Positions 1 to 12,227 of a stretch of 64,000 nucleotides of DNA are shown in pieces. Origin of the DNA: the human T2T-CHM13v2.0 reference genome, Homo sapiens. The position numbers and the translations under genes were made by a program. The DNA lies in the NCBI RefSeq assembly GCF_009914755.1, contig NC_060947.1; one strand, written 5' to 3'. Each line of letters begins with the position of its first letter. Within the stretch, counting starts at the first letter, position 1. Below the pieces are notes generated by a model. That model was not told the DNA's origin, ran no database searches, and was given only the letters and a program-made list of their open reading frames with translations.

Positions 1-477
1 TTACCTTTTTCCATTTATCTTTTTAACTTTTTTACTTTGTTTAAATCCAAAGGACCTTCCAAGCAGGACTGCATTCAAACCATTCCAAGAAAAGTGCCAT
101 ATTTGGTGGTTGGGTTGTATGGTTGCAAGTCATAGAAACAACTGTTATTAGCTTAGGAAGAAGAAGTAGAAGGGGGCAGGAATTTATTGGGGTAATATAG
201 GGGGATACTGTGGAAATAATTGGAAAGAATACATTAAAACCTCAGAAAGAATATAGTTGGGAAAGAAAGCCATCAGGTACCCAGAAAGGACTCTGTCATA
301 GGGTTTTCTTTCTTGTGTTGGCCTCCTTATTCTCTCTCTGCAGACCTGTTATTTCTGCTACACAGTCCACATGCTGAGAGGTGGCCATGTGACTTGTAGC
401 AGATATCAGTGTTCTGCCCAAATACCTTCCAATTCCAATTTGTCTTTTTTGTGGATCCCCTAGCTTTGGTATGTTTT

Positions 478-953
478 TGAGGTAGAAGATCAGAGGACTT
501 ATTTCCTAGTCCCGACCGGATGAAACAAAGAAACTTGCTGGAACCAACAAATGGTGCTGAAAGCAACCTCTAATTGCCCTCATTGCTCATTAGCATAAGA
601 CACTCCCATCACCACCATGACAGTTTACAAATGCCATGGCAATGACCCAGATGTTACCACCCCTTTCAATGGCAACTACCTGGAAGTTAATGCTCCTTTT
701 CTAGAGATTTTGGCATAGCCCACCCCTTAATTTGCATGTAATTAAAAGTAGATATAAATACAGCTAGCCAATAGCCCACAAGTGCCAACTCTGGGCACAC
801 TGCCTATGCATTAGTCCTGTTCCACAAAAAGCAGTACTGGTTCAATAAAAGGTGCTGTCTTTCACTGCTGGTTCATTATTGAATTCTTTCTTGAGAAAAG
901 CCAAGAACCCTCCTAAGCTAAGCCCCAAATTTGGGGGCTAGCCCACCTGCATC
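478..953 (+). mobile_element. ERV1 solo LTR, MER66-like (MER41/MER66 group)
   Basis: Starts TGAGGTAGAAGATCAG. Contains CTCATTGCTCATTAGCATAAGACACTCCCA..CCATGACAGTTTACAAATGCCATGGCAA, TATAAAT and AATAAA. Ends GCTAAGCCCCAAATTTGGGGG..CCTGCATC. Confidence 0.8.
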
Positions 954-1184
954 CCTTTCCCTCCCCTCCCCAGTATACATTTTGTACACTGGCTCAAAGG
1001 GTGAATTTAATTTCCAGTCTCAGTGGTAGCTAATTTGAACCTGATTTGAAATTGATTGTTTTCAAGCAGATACTAGTATGTATGCATTTATTAATAGACA
1101 GGCACTGAGTCTCATTTTTCTTCTACTTTCTCTGCTAATCTGTTCATGAAATGTGATTTTCAGCAACCATGTACATACATGCAA

Positions 1185-1549
1185 TGTATTAGTCTGTTTT
1201 CACACTGCTGTAAAGAACTACCTGAGATTGGGTAATTTATAAAGGAAAGAGGTTTAATTGGCTCACAGTTCTGCATGGTTGGAGAGACCTCAGGAAACAC
1301 AATCATGGCAGAAGGCGAATGGGAAGCAAGACACATCTTACATGGCAGCAGGACAGACAGAGCGATGGAGGAGACTGCTGAATACTTTTAAACCATCAGA
1401 TCTCATAGGAACTCCCTCATTATCACGAGAACAGCATGGGAGAAACTGACCCCATGATCCAATCACCTCCCACCATGTCCCTCTCTTGACACATGGGGAT
1501 TACAATTAGAGGTGAGATTTGGGTGGGGACACAAAGCAAAATCATATCA
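1185..1549 (-). mobile_element. MaLR solo LTR (THE1D/MSTA-like)
   Basis: TGTATTAGTC...ATCATATCA termini; perfect 5-bp TSD TGCAA at 1180-1184 and 1550-1554. Confidence 0.9.
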
Positions 1550-1557
1550 TGCAATGA

Positions 1558-1905
<348 letters not shown>

Positions 1906-1959
1906 TAAATAACATTTATTTTCTCTTTTAGGGCATAGGAATTGTAGTTCACACCTACA

Positions 1960-2324
1960 ATTCTGTTTAGAGGACTGCCAAGAGAGTCTTGGAGTCCCAT
2001 TTGCTGGGATGTAGCAGAGATGAAAGTGCCTGGGGATTTACATTCCCCCACCACCCCCAAGGCAGTCCTTAGTCAATGATAATTGCTGAAAGCATAGGCA
2101 TGCCCTGTTTGCTTGTCTCTAATCAGAAAAACTCCAAAATGTAATTCACACTCCAGGGTTCCGTTGCAGGATAAAATTGAGTAATCCAACCTTCTATGGA
2201 ACTTTTGCTTCCTCCTTTATCCTGCCTTGTTTCCATTAGTGCCTTACTGATTTTTCCTGTGAGCACTTAATGATTTGATTGCAGTCGTATCCTCATCTCA
2301 GGGTCAGCTTCATGGGAACCCAAC
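1960..2324 (+). mobile_element. Old ERVL LTR (LTR16-group)
   Basis: 3' end CCTCATCTCAGGGTCAGCTTCATGGGAACCCAAC resembles LTR16-family termini. Confidence 0.55.
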
Positions 2325-2728
2325 TGTTATGGCTTGAATTGTATCCCTCAATAAAGATATGTTGGAAATAACGTCCTTGCAGATGTAATTAGTTAAGACG
2401 AGGCAATTAGGGTGGACTCTATTCTAATATGACTGCTATCTTTATAAAAAGGGGAAATTTGGATATGGAGGCAGACATGCGCAGAGGGAAGATATACAAG
2501 GTGAAGATGGCCCTGTAACTAGAGTACTGCATCCACGAGTTAAGGAATGACAAGGACTGCTGGCAAACACCAGAAGCTAGGAGAAGCAAGGAAGGATGAG
2601 AGAAAACTCAGAGCAGGGCCATGACTTTAGACTTCTGGCTTCCAGAACTGTGAGAGAATAAATTTCTATTGTTTTAAGCCACCAAGCTTTTGGTACTTTT
2701 CTTACAGCAGCCCTAGGAACCTAATGCA
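2325..2728 (+). mobile_element. MaLR LTR MLT1B/C-like
   Basis: TGTTATGGCTTGAATTGTATCCCTCAA ... CCAGAACTGTGAGAGAATAAATTTCTATTGTTTTAAGCCACC ... CAGCAGCCCTAGGAACCTAATGCA. Confidence 0.85.
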
Positions 2729-3451
2729 TTAATTAACAACAGCCATGTGCCCAAGATTTTACACCTTTTCTCTTTCAGAGTTCAGTACAGACTGACACAA
2801 GATTATCTTAGCTCCTATTCCAGATTCTCAGAGTATAGATTCTGACTGGATTACCCTGGTCCTTGAAGTATACCTAGGAGATGGAATAACATTGTATAAG
2901 CATCCACGTTGTCATTAAGAGGAAAGAGTTTCCATTAAAACAGGTAATTTTTTGTTCCATGGGCTGCAAAGAGATCTTTCAAATGGCCACTACAAAAAGA
3001 TTTCTCAGAATGGAATTTTCTGAGAAAAATTGTACAGTCCTAATGCCAAACTAGCATGTATCCAACAAGAAATGATGAAGAAGTTTGATTACTTTTTCAA
3101 ATTCGGATGATGTTATAAATGTATAGGGTTTCCAAAACATGCATTTTGAAAAAGCTTCAAAGTTGATTAGTGTTGCCATTTTGACTTCCTGATTTGGCTT
3201 CTGAATGGCAACAATGCATGCTACAGAATAATGTTAATTCAGAATGAACAACAAATCTTGCTGTGCAGCGGAACATGAAGTCAATTTATGTCAAATGTTG
3301 TTGCACAGGGATTGAAAATAAACAGAAATGTGATCAGTATATCTATGAATTTACTTAGCAGAACAGTATTTTATCTTTTAAGCCAATTCTAAAAGGGAAA
3401 AGAAAAGAGAGTTTCCTTTTCTTTTTTCTTATGATTCAAGCTAGAAGTAGA

Positions 3452-3734
3452 ACATTTTGTACACTGGCTCAGAGGGTGAATTTCATTTCCACTCTCAGCA
3501 GCAGCCAATTTGAACCTGATTCGAAGTTGATTGTTTTCAAGCAGTTCCTCGTATATATGCATTTATTAATAGATGAGCACTGAGTCTTATTTTTCTTCTA
3601 CTTCCTCTACTAATCCAGTTATGAAATGTGATTTTCAGCAACCCTGAACATACATGCAATAAGATGAAATGTAATTTGCTAATTTTAATATCCATCCAAC
3701 TTTTCTTTTTAAATAACATTTATTTTCTCTTTTA
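3452..3734 (+). repeat. Local direct duplication, copy 2 (uninterrupted)
   Basis: Matches 977-1930 once the LTR and Alu are removed; single TGCAA at the LTR insertion site. Confidence 0.9.
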
Positions 3735-3843
3735 TGACAAGAATTTCAAAGAAGGGAACCTGCATACTTGAAGTTTCTTTGTGAGTGGAAGTAGTGGCTT
3801 TCCACTATCCATATATTTGTATATACAAATTTTTGATGATCAT

Positions 3844-4310
3844 TGTCAGTTACCCAGAAACAGACCGCAAGATGAGGATTCAGGTGCAAGTTGTTTATGA
3901 AGGAAGTGCTGCCAGGAGAATCTTGTAAAAGAGTGAGAAAAACAGGAGAGGAAAGAGGAAGAAGCAAGCAATTGTGTGGTTTTAGGCCAGGTCCTTACCT
4001 CAGCCTAATCCTGCGTAAATCACAGCTCAGAGTTAGAGCTGTTTCAAGGAAAGTAGCTGGGCTTTATAACTCCTGCACCAGCCAGTCCTGGAATAAGGGT
4101 CACTGGATTTAGGGTGGGGGTAAAAGGGCAGTTTGTCAACTCCCAGGCACTTCAAACTTTTTGCTGTTGAGGCAGAGCAAACCCAGTAGCCCAAGAGTGG
4201 GCCTTCAAAGAGAAACACAGCTGTGCGATTTGAAGGAAAAACACACAGTAACTGGAAAAACGATGCTCTGAAATGCTAAAAGAGACTCAGCAGTATACTT
4301 AGTGACATCC
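3844..4310 (-). mobile_element. Old ERVL LTR (LTR16/LTR33-group)
   Basis: CCCAGAAACAGACCGCAAGATGAGGATTCAGGTGCAAGTTGTTTAT is the reverse complement of a typical LTR16/33 3' end. Confidence 0.5.
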
Positions 4311-5138
4311 CTATGCCAGGTACCTTCCAATTGATTTCATTAGGATAGAAAGTACAGCTTTTTGGTTTACCGTCTCCCCAAGCTTAGACAGCCTGCTTTA
4401 GTCTTCTGCACCATAGCCCCCACACTTAGCCCAAACTCCTGGGTTACCACATCTCAGCCTGGACTTCAATGTCCTTGGTCCTCAGTAATCTGGCAGGGTG
4501 GATCCAATATAGACTATTTTTTCCTTTTTAACTTGAAATCTGATTGACTTGTGACCCTGGCTTAATTGAAGGCAAAACTTTATCTTTGATAATACTGCAA
4601 AATTGAACTTGCCAAAATTATTATTTTAGACAATATGTTTTAAACATCAGGAAAAATTTAAAGTCTATTTATTAAGCCTTTCACTATGCATTCAGAAATT
4701 TCCATTAATAATATCATATTTCCTCAAGTCTCTCTGCCACAACCCTCATGTATGTATTCATTTCTGATGAAATCTGAAAAAAATATATAGGTCTGCTTCT
4801 ACAGCAACCTTCCCCATAGGCTGCTACAGTCAAAAACAATAATCTAGATGGGCTATAAACACTGCACCTCACCATCACAGTGTCCAAGTAGAATTGTTAT
4901 AACTTGGCAAGATGAACCCAAGTTTTGTCCTCAGCTCCTCTTTTCTTTCTAGGATTTATACATGCTTGGGAATGTCTGGAATCCTGAGGAGGCAGTCAGA
5001 GAAATATCTCCTTATGTGAGAGTTTGATTTGCCTCCTGGGAAGGACTTTCCATGAGGGAAAAAGAGTCAGATGGATAGAATATGGCCAAGGGCAGTGGAC
5101 AGGATCTGAGGGAAAAGGACAATCTTATCACAATCCAA

Positions 5139-5304
5139 GAATAAAATCATATTGTTGGTATCTTTTGTGACCGTCTTCTTTAGCTTAACATTGTTTGTGA
5201 CAGTTGGATATAGCCATTCTCCCTTCGTTTTCCTTTCTATACTTTCTGGATGCAACACAATTTGTTTGTCTAGTGTACCATTGAGTACATGTAGATTGTT
5301 TCCA
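5139..5304 (+). repeat. 166-bp copy of 6158-6323 (L1M-derived sequence)
   Basis: Ungapped alignment with ~14 mismatches; explains the similar ORFs 5152-5457 and 6057-6353. Confidence 0.9.
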
Positions 5305-5999
5305 AAAACAAAGTCAGTTATTTCAGTCCTGACTCAGTCCTCAAGTCCAGCTCCCAGGAACTCATGCATAAGCCTCATTATGAGGAGGCACTATTACAGG
5401 AGAAAGAAAGAGTTAATATGTAAGGACATTGGTGTGATAAGACATCAACCATGTTAGTTCCAGCATTTTTGTTGGTGATGCCAGATAGCATGGCATTGCT
5501 GGCTTATCTCTTCTAGCAATCCTAGGTGCTCTTTCTGTCACAATTTATAATCTGTTTATCTAAAGCCACCCCCTTTAACCTAGGAGACAAAATATGTTGT
5601 GTTCGGAAAATGCTCACTAAATCACAGTCCAAGATTGAGGGCCCTGAGGCAGCACCTCACAAGGATGCTATTAGAGGAGGCCTCAGTGATTTTGAAGATG
5701 AGGGCTGGGCACAGCCACCTCTGTTCAGACTTTGTGGGCATGTCAGTGGCAACAGGAGCAGCAGGTCCGTGTGAGTATGCACTGCTAGTTACCACCTTGT
5801 GCCTCATTTAACTGCTTGGAAAAAAAACAAAAGGGAGATGGAGTCAAGGGTAATAAGAAAAATACACAAAGTTTATAAAGTAATTAAGTATCAAACACTT
5901 GTTTAAAACTAGTAGGACACCTGAGTTCTGTTATTTTTATCACCTGTGTTAATAATAATAATCAAACAATGCCTACACCAAAGTACCCTACTATGGTCC

Positions 6000-6620
6000 C
6001 CCTTGCCATCACATTCTTCTCTCGTTCTCCCAGTGACAACCATGGTCTAGCCATCTGTGATGATTATTTTCTTCATTTTCTTTACAGATTTTCAACTTAA
6101 GTATGGATTCAAACTACATGACATAGTTTGGCTTGCCTTGCTTTTGAACTTTTACATGAATAAAATCATATTGTTAGTGTCTTTTGTGACTGTCTTCTTT
6201 AGCTTAACAATGCTTGTGACAGTTGGCTATAGCCATTCTCCCCTGGTTTTCCTTTTTGTATTTTCTGGATGCAACACAATTTGTTTGTCTAGTGTACTAC
6301 TGAGTACACGTAGATTGTTTCCAGTTATTGGCTTTACGAACAATACTGCTTAAATAGTCTGTATTCAAGTGCACACATGAAAGAATTTCTCTCAGGTATA
6401 TCACCAGTAGTCGGATACAATTTCAATTTTACTAGAGAATGCCGAATTGTTTCAAAAGTGGCTAGACCAATTTATCCTCCCTCCAGCAGTACCTGGGTAT
6501 TCCTGTTGCTCCATGTCATCACCAGTCTGAATTGTCAGACTTTCAGTGTGTGTTAATCTGTTGAATATTGTGATGTTTAATGTTTATTTCCTTGATTACT
6601 AATTAGGTTATCAAATATAT
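6000..6620 (-). mobile_element. Old L1M (L1ME-like) 3' fragment
   Basis: GATTGTTTCCAGTT..AATACTGCT..CAAAAGTGGCTAGACCAATTTATCCTCCCTCCAGCAGT, degenerate L1 3' antisense motifs. Confidence 0.7.
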
Positions 6621-6663
6621 TTCTGAGTGCCTTGATTTGTATGCAATTGTAAATAGTATATAT

Positions 6664-6940
6664 TATTTTGAGACAGGGTCTCACTCTGTTGCCCAGGCTG
6701 AGAGTCCAGTGGTGCAATCTTGGCTCACTGCAGCCTCTACCTCCTGAGTTCAAGTGATCCTCCCACCTCAGCCTCCCAAGTAGCTGAGACTACAGGCATG
6801 CACCACCACGCCCAAGCTAATTTTTGTATTTTTAGTAGAGACAAGGTTTCACCATGTTGTTCAGGCTAGTCTTGAACTCCTGATCTCACCTCAGCCTCCC
6901 AAAGTACTGGGATTACAGGTGTGAGCCACTGCACCTAGCC
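6664..6940 (-). mobile_element. Alu (J/S), small internal deletion
   Basis: Alu body flanked by TSD TGTAAATAGTATAT at 6648 and 6941. Confidence 0.9.
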
Positions 6941-7091
6941 TGTAAATAGTATATTTATTTGAATTCTATTTTTCTATATCTCTAAGTGCTTTGATTTGTA
7001 TGCTATTATAAGTGGTATCTTTATTTGAATTCCATTTTCTATTTTTTAAAAAATCAACTTTTGAGATATAATTTATATAATAAGATGCATC

Positions 7092-7398
<307 letters not shown>

Positions 7399-7638
7399 GA
7401 TGAATCCATTTTAAATGTTTTATTCAATGAGTTTTGACAAGTATATGCGCCCATGTAACCACTATCCCATTTCTATATAAATATTCTATAGAAATTCAGA
7501 ACTTCTCTTATGCCCCTTTTCAAACATTCACCCTTAACTACCATCACTGTGCAACCACTAATCTGTTAGCTTTCACCAGCTTTAGATTAGTTTTGCCTGT
7601 TTAAGAATTTTATATAAATATAATCATACACTATGCCC

Positions 7639-8150
7639 TTGGGATAGCCAGTATCCAAGATGATCCAAAATTATCCCTGGCTTCTGGTATTCATATCTTT
7701 GTGTAGCCCCTTCCAACATTGTACCAGTGTTGGTCTGTGTGACCAATCACATACAGCAGAAGTGATTGTATATCACTCCTGAGATTAGGTTATTAAAACA
7801 CAGTTGCTTCCATCTCAGTCTCTTTCACTCTCACTCTCTTGGATCACTTGTTCTTGGTGAAGCTATGCCCTGAGAAGCCCCATGGGGAGGCACATGTGGC
7901 AAGGAACTGAAGCCTACTGCCAATAGCCATATATGTAATTAAAAATGGAAGCAGATCCTTCACCCCTATCATGTCTCGGATGACTGAAATCTCTAGATGA
8001 ACCTTCATTGCAACTTTATGAGAGACACTGAGTTAGAACCATCCAGCTAAGCCACTCCTAGACTCCTGACCCAGAGAAACTGAGATAATAAATGTTGCTT
8101 TAAGTCACTGAATGTCTGGGTAATATTATGCAGCAATATATAACTAATAT
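7639..8150 (+). mobile_element. MaLR LTR MLT1E/F-like
   Basis: CCAAGATG..CTTCTGGTATTCA..CACATGTGGCAAGGAACTGA..CCAGCTAAGCCACTCCTAGACTCCTGACCCAGAGAAACTGAGATAATAAATG. Confidence 0.8.
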
Positions 8151-8450
8151 GGCACTCTTGGATTTAGCTTCTTTCACTCAGGATAACATTTTTGAGATTC
8201 GGCAATGTTGTTTCATGTTTCAGGGGTTTATTCTTTTTATTCTTGAGTGATATTCCATTATATTACTGTAATAATATTTATTATCTAAATATTGCTCATC
8301 ATGTAGTTCAGGACATGTTACTCCAAAATTTGACATTTTGTCTTACTGAATATTTTAAGCTGAAAAAACTTGAGAAATGGCATATGTGGTATGGACTTTC
8401 TGACTGTTTCCTGAAGCAGGTCACAAAACCCTCCTGTGAGAGGAACCCTC

Positions 8451-9229
<779 letters not shown>

Positions 9230-10325
9230 CCTCCCTATATTCTAAGGAAAGAATCATTCTTATTTGTGAAGACAAAAGGACACAGAGGGAAATATGAACT
9301 AAATTTTTGCTGTGTCCTCCACTTTACTACCCTTAGCTCATACCCCCTTTGTCTTATATTTCTTTGTGACTCTCCACTCTTCATCAAATACAGTGTTAAA
9401 AACACTCAGGTTTAATCACTTATTTGGGTCTTCATTTCCTTATTAAAGCTCTCACGGCATGTAAAGCTTATATTTTTAAAATGTGTATGCTTCTCTTTTG
9501 TCTTTTATATGCTTTTCTCTGTCTTCTGTTACAGACGCCACAATCAAGAACTCAGAAGGGTAGAAGAAAAAGATAGTTTCCCTTCCCTACACAGGTAAAT
9601 AGAAATGCAATTTTTTATATACATTTGTATTCTACAAACTTTCTGAACTCTTAATTCTAATAATTTAGCTATAGATTCTTCTTGATTTTCTTTCTTGTTT
9701 TTTCCTTCAACCTTTAAGCTCTGGGGTACGTGTGCAGGATATGCGGGTTTGTTACGTAGGTAAACGTATGCCATGGTGGTTTGCTGCACAGATTATCCCA
9801 TCACCTAGGTATTAAGCCTAGCATGCATAAACTATTTTTCCTAATGCTCTCCCTCCCCATAACTCCCACCTTCGACAGGCCCCAGTGGTGGTGTTCCTCA
9901 TTATGTGTCCATGTGATCTTGTCATTCAGCTCCCACTTATAAGTAAGAAAATGTGGTGTTTGGTTTTCTGTTCCTGCATTAGTTTGCTGAGGATAATGGC
10001 TTCCAATTCCATACATGTCCCTGCAAAGGACATGCTCTCATTTCTTTTTATGGGTGCATAGTATTCCATGGTGTGTATGTACCACATTTTCTTTATCCAA
10101 TCTATCAATTCTGGGCATTCAGGTTGATTCCATGTCTTTGTTATTGTGAACAGTGCTGCAATGAACATATACGTGCATATATCTTTATAAGAGAATGATT
10201 TATATTCCTTTGGGTATATACCCAGTAATGGGATTGCTGGGTCAAATGGTATTTCTGTCTCTAGGTCTTTGAGGAATTGCCACCCTATTTTTGCACAACA
10301 GTTTTGCACAATAGTTGAACTAATT

Positions 10326-10622
10326 GGCCAGGTGTGGTGGCTCATGCCTGTAATCCCAGCACTTTGGGAGGCCAAGGCAGGCAGATCACGAGGTCAGGAG
10401 ATTGAGACAATCATGCTAACACGGTGAAACCCTGTCTCTACTAAAAATACAAAAAATTAGCCGGGCATGGTGTCAGGCGCCTGTAGTCCCAGCTACTCAG
10501 GAGGCTGAGGCAGGAGAATGGCGTGAACCCAGGAGGCGGACTTTGCAGCGAGCCAAGATCGCCACTGTGCTCCAGCTTGGGTGACAGAGCGAGACTCTGT
10601 CTCAAAAAAAAAAAAAAAAAAA
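10326..10622 (+). mobile_element. AluY inserted in the L1
   Basis: GCTAACACGGTGAAACC and GAATGGCGTGAACCC diagnostics; 13-bp TSD AGTTGAACTAATT. Confidence 0.93.
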
Positions 10623-11474
10623 AGTTGAACTAATTTACACTCCCACCAACAGTGTAAAAGCATTCCTTTTTCTCCACAGCCTCTCTAGCATCTGTTGTTT
10701 TTGACTTTTTAATAATCACCATTCTGACTAGTGTGAGATGGTATCTCATTGTGGTTTTGATTTGCATTTCTTTAATGATCAGTGATGTTGAGCTTTTCTT
10801 AATGTTCGTTGGCCACATTTATGTCTTCTTTTGAGAAGTGTCTGTTTGTGTCCTTTGCCCACTTTTTAATGAGGTTGTTTTTTTTTCTTGTAAATTTAAT
10901 TTCCTTGTAGACTCTAGATATTAGACCTTTGTCAGATGGATACATTGCAAAAATTTTCTCCCGTTTTGTAGGTTGTCTCTGCACTCTGATGATAATTTCT
11001 TTCGTTGTGCAGAAGCTCTTTAGTTTAATTACATTCCATTTGTCAATTTTTGCTTTTGTTGCAATTGCTTTTGGCATGTTGGTTATGAAATGTTTGCCCA
11101 TTCTTCTGTCCTGAATGATATTGCCTAGATTTTCTTCTAGGGTTTTTATAGTTTGGGGTTTTACATTTCAGTCTTTAATCCATCTTGAATTAATTTTTGT
11201 ATATGGTGTAAGGAAGGGGTCCAGTTTCAATTTTCTGCATATGGCTAGCCAGCTCTCTCAGCACCATTTATTAAATAGGGAGTACTTTCCCCATTGCTTG
11301 TTTTTGTCATGGGCAAAGATCAGATGGTTGTAAGTTTGCGGTTTTATTTCTGAGTTCTCTATTCTATTCCATCGGTCTATGTATCTGTTCTTGTGCCAGT
11401 ACCATGCTGTTTGGGTTATAGTAACCTTGCAGTATAGTTTGAAGTCAGGTAGCATGATGCCGTCAGCTTTGTTC

Positions 11475-12227
11475 TTATTGCTTAGGATTATCTTGGCTAT
11501 TTGGGCTCATTTTTTGATCTATATGAATTTTTAAATAGTTTTTTTCTAATTCTGTGAAGAATGTTGATGGTAGTTTAATGGGAATAACATTGAATCTATA
11601 AATTACTTTGGGCAGTATGGCCATTTTCACAATATTGATTTTTCCTATCCATGACCATGGATTGTTTCTCCATTTGACTGTATCCTCTCTGATTTCTGTG
11701 AGCAGTGGTTTGTAGTTCTCCTTGAAGAAGTTCTTCAATTTCCTTGTTAGCTGTATTCCTAGGTATTTTATTCTTTTTGTAGCCATTGTGGATGAGAATT
11801 CATTCATGATTTGGCTCTCTGCTTGCCTGTTGTTTGTGTATAGGAATGTTAGCGATTTTTGAACATTGATTTTGTATCTTGAGACTTTGCTGAAGTTACT
11901 TATTAGCTTAAGAAGCTTTTGGGCTGAGATGATGGGGTTTTCTACATATAGAATCATGTCATCTGCAAACGAAGATTTGACTTCCACTCTCCCCATTTGA
12001 ATACCCTTTATTTCCTTCTTTTGCCTGATTGCCCTGACAAGAACTTCCAATACTATGTTGAATAGGAGTGGTGAGAGTGGGTATATTTGTCCTGTGCTGG
12101 TTTTCAAGGGGAATGATACCAGCTTTTTCCCATTCAATATGATATTGGCTATGGGTTTGTCATATATGGGTCTTATTATTTTGAGGTCTGTTCCTTCGAT
12201 ACCTAGTTTATTGAAAGTTTTTAACAT
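11475..12227 (-). pseudogene. L1 ORF2 reverse-transcriptase fragment (250 aa open segment)
   Basis: [22 protein letters not shown] and IKYLGIQL motifs; ORF2 is broken on both sides. Confidence 0.9.

Noticed and set aside
5152-6353. Two paralogous hydrophobic ORFs (101 and 98 aa) resembling a small membrane-protein pair
   Set aside because: The similarity comes from the 166-bp DNA duplication of T-rich antisense L1M. The starts are non-ATG and there is no gene structure.
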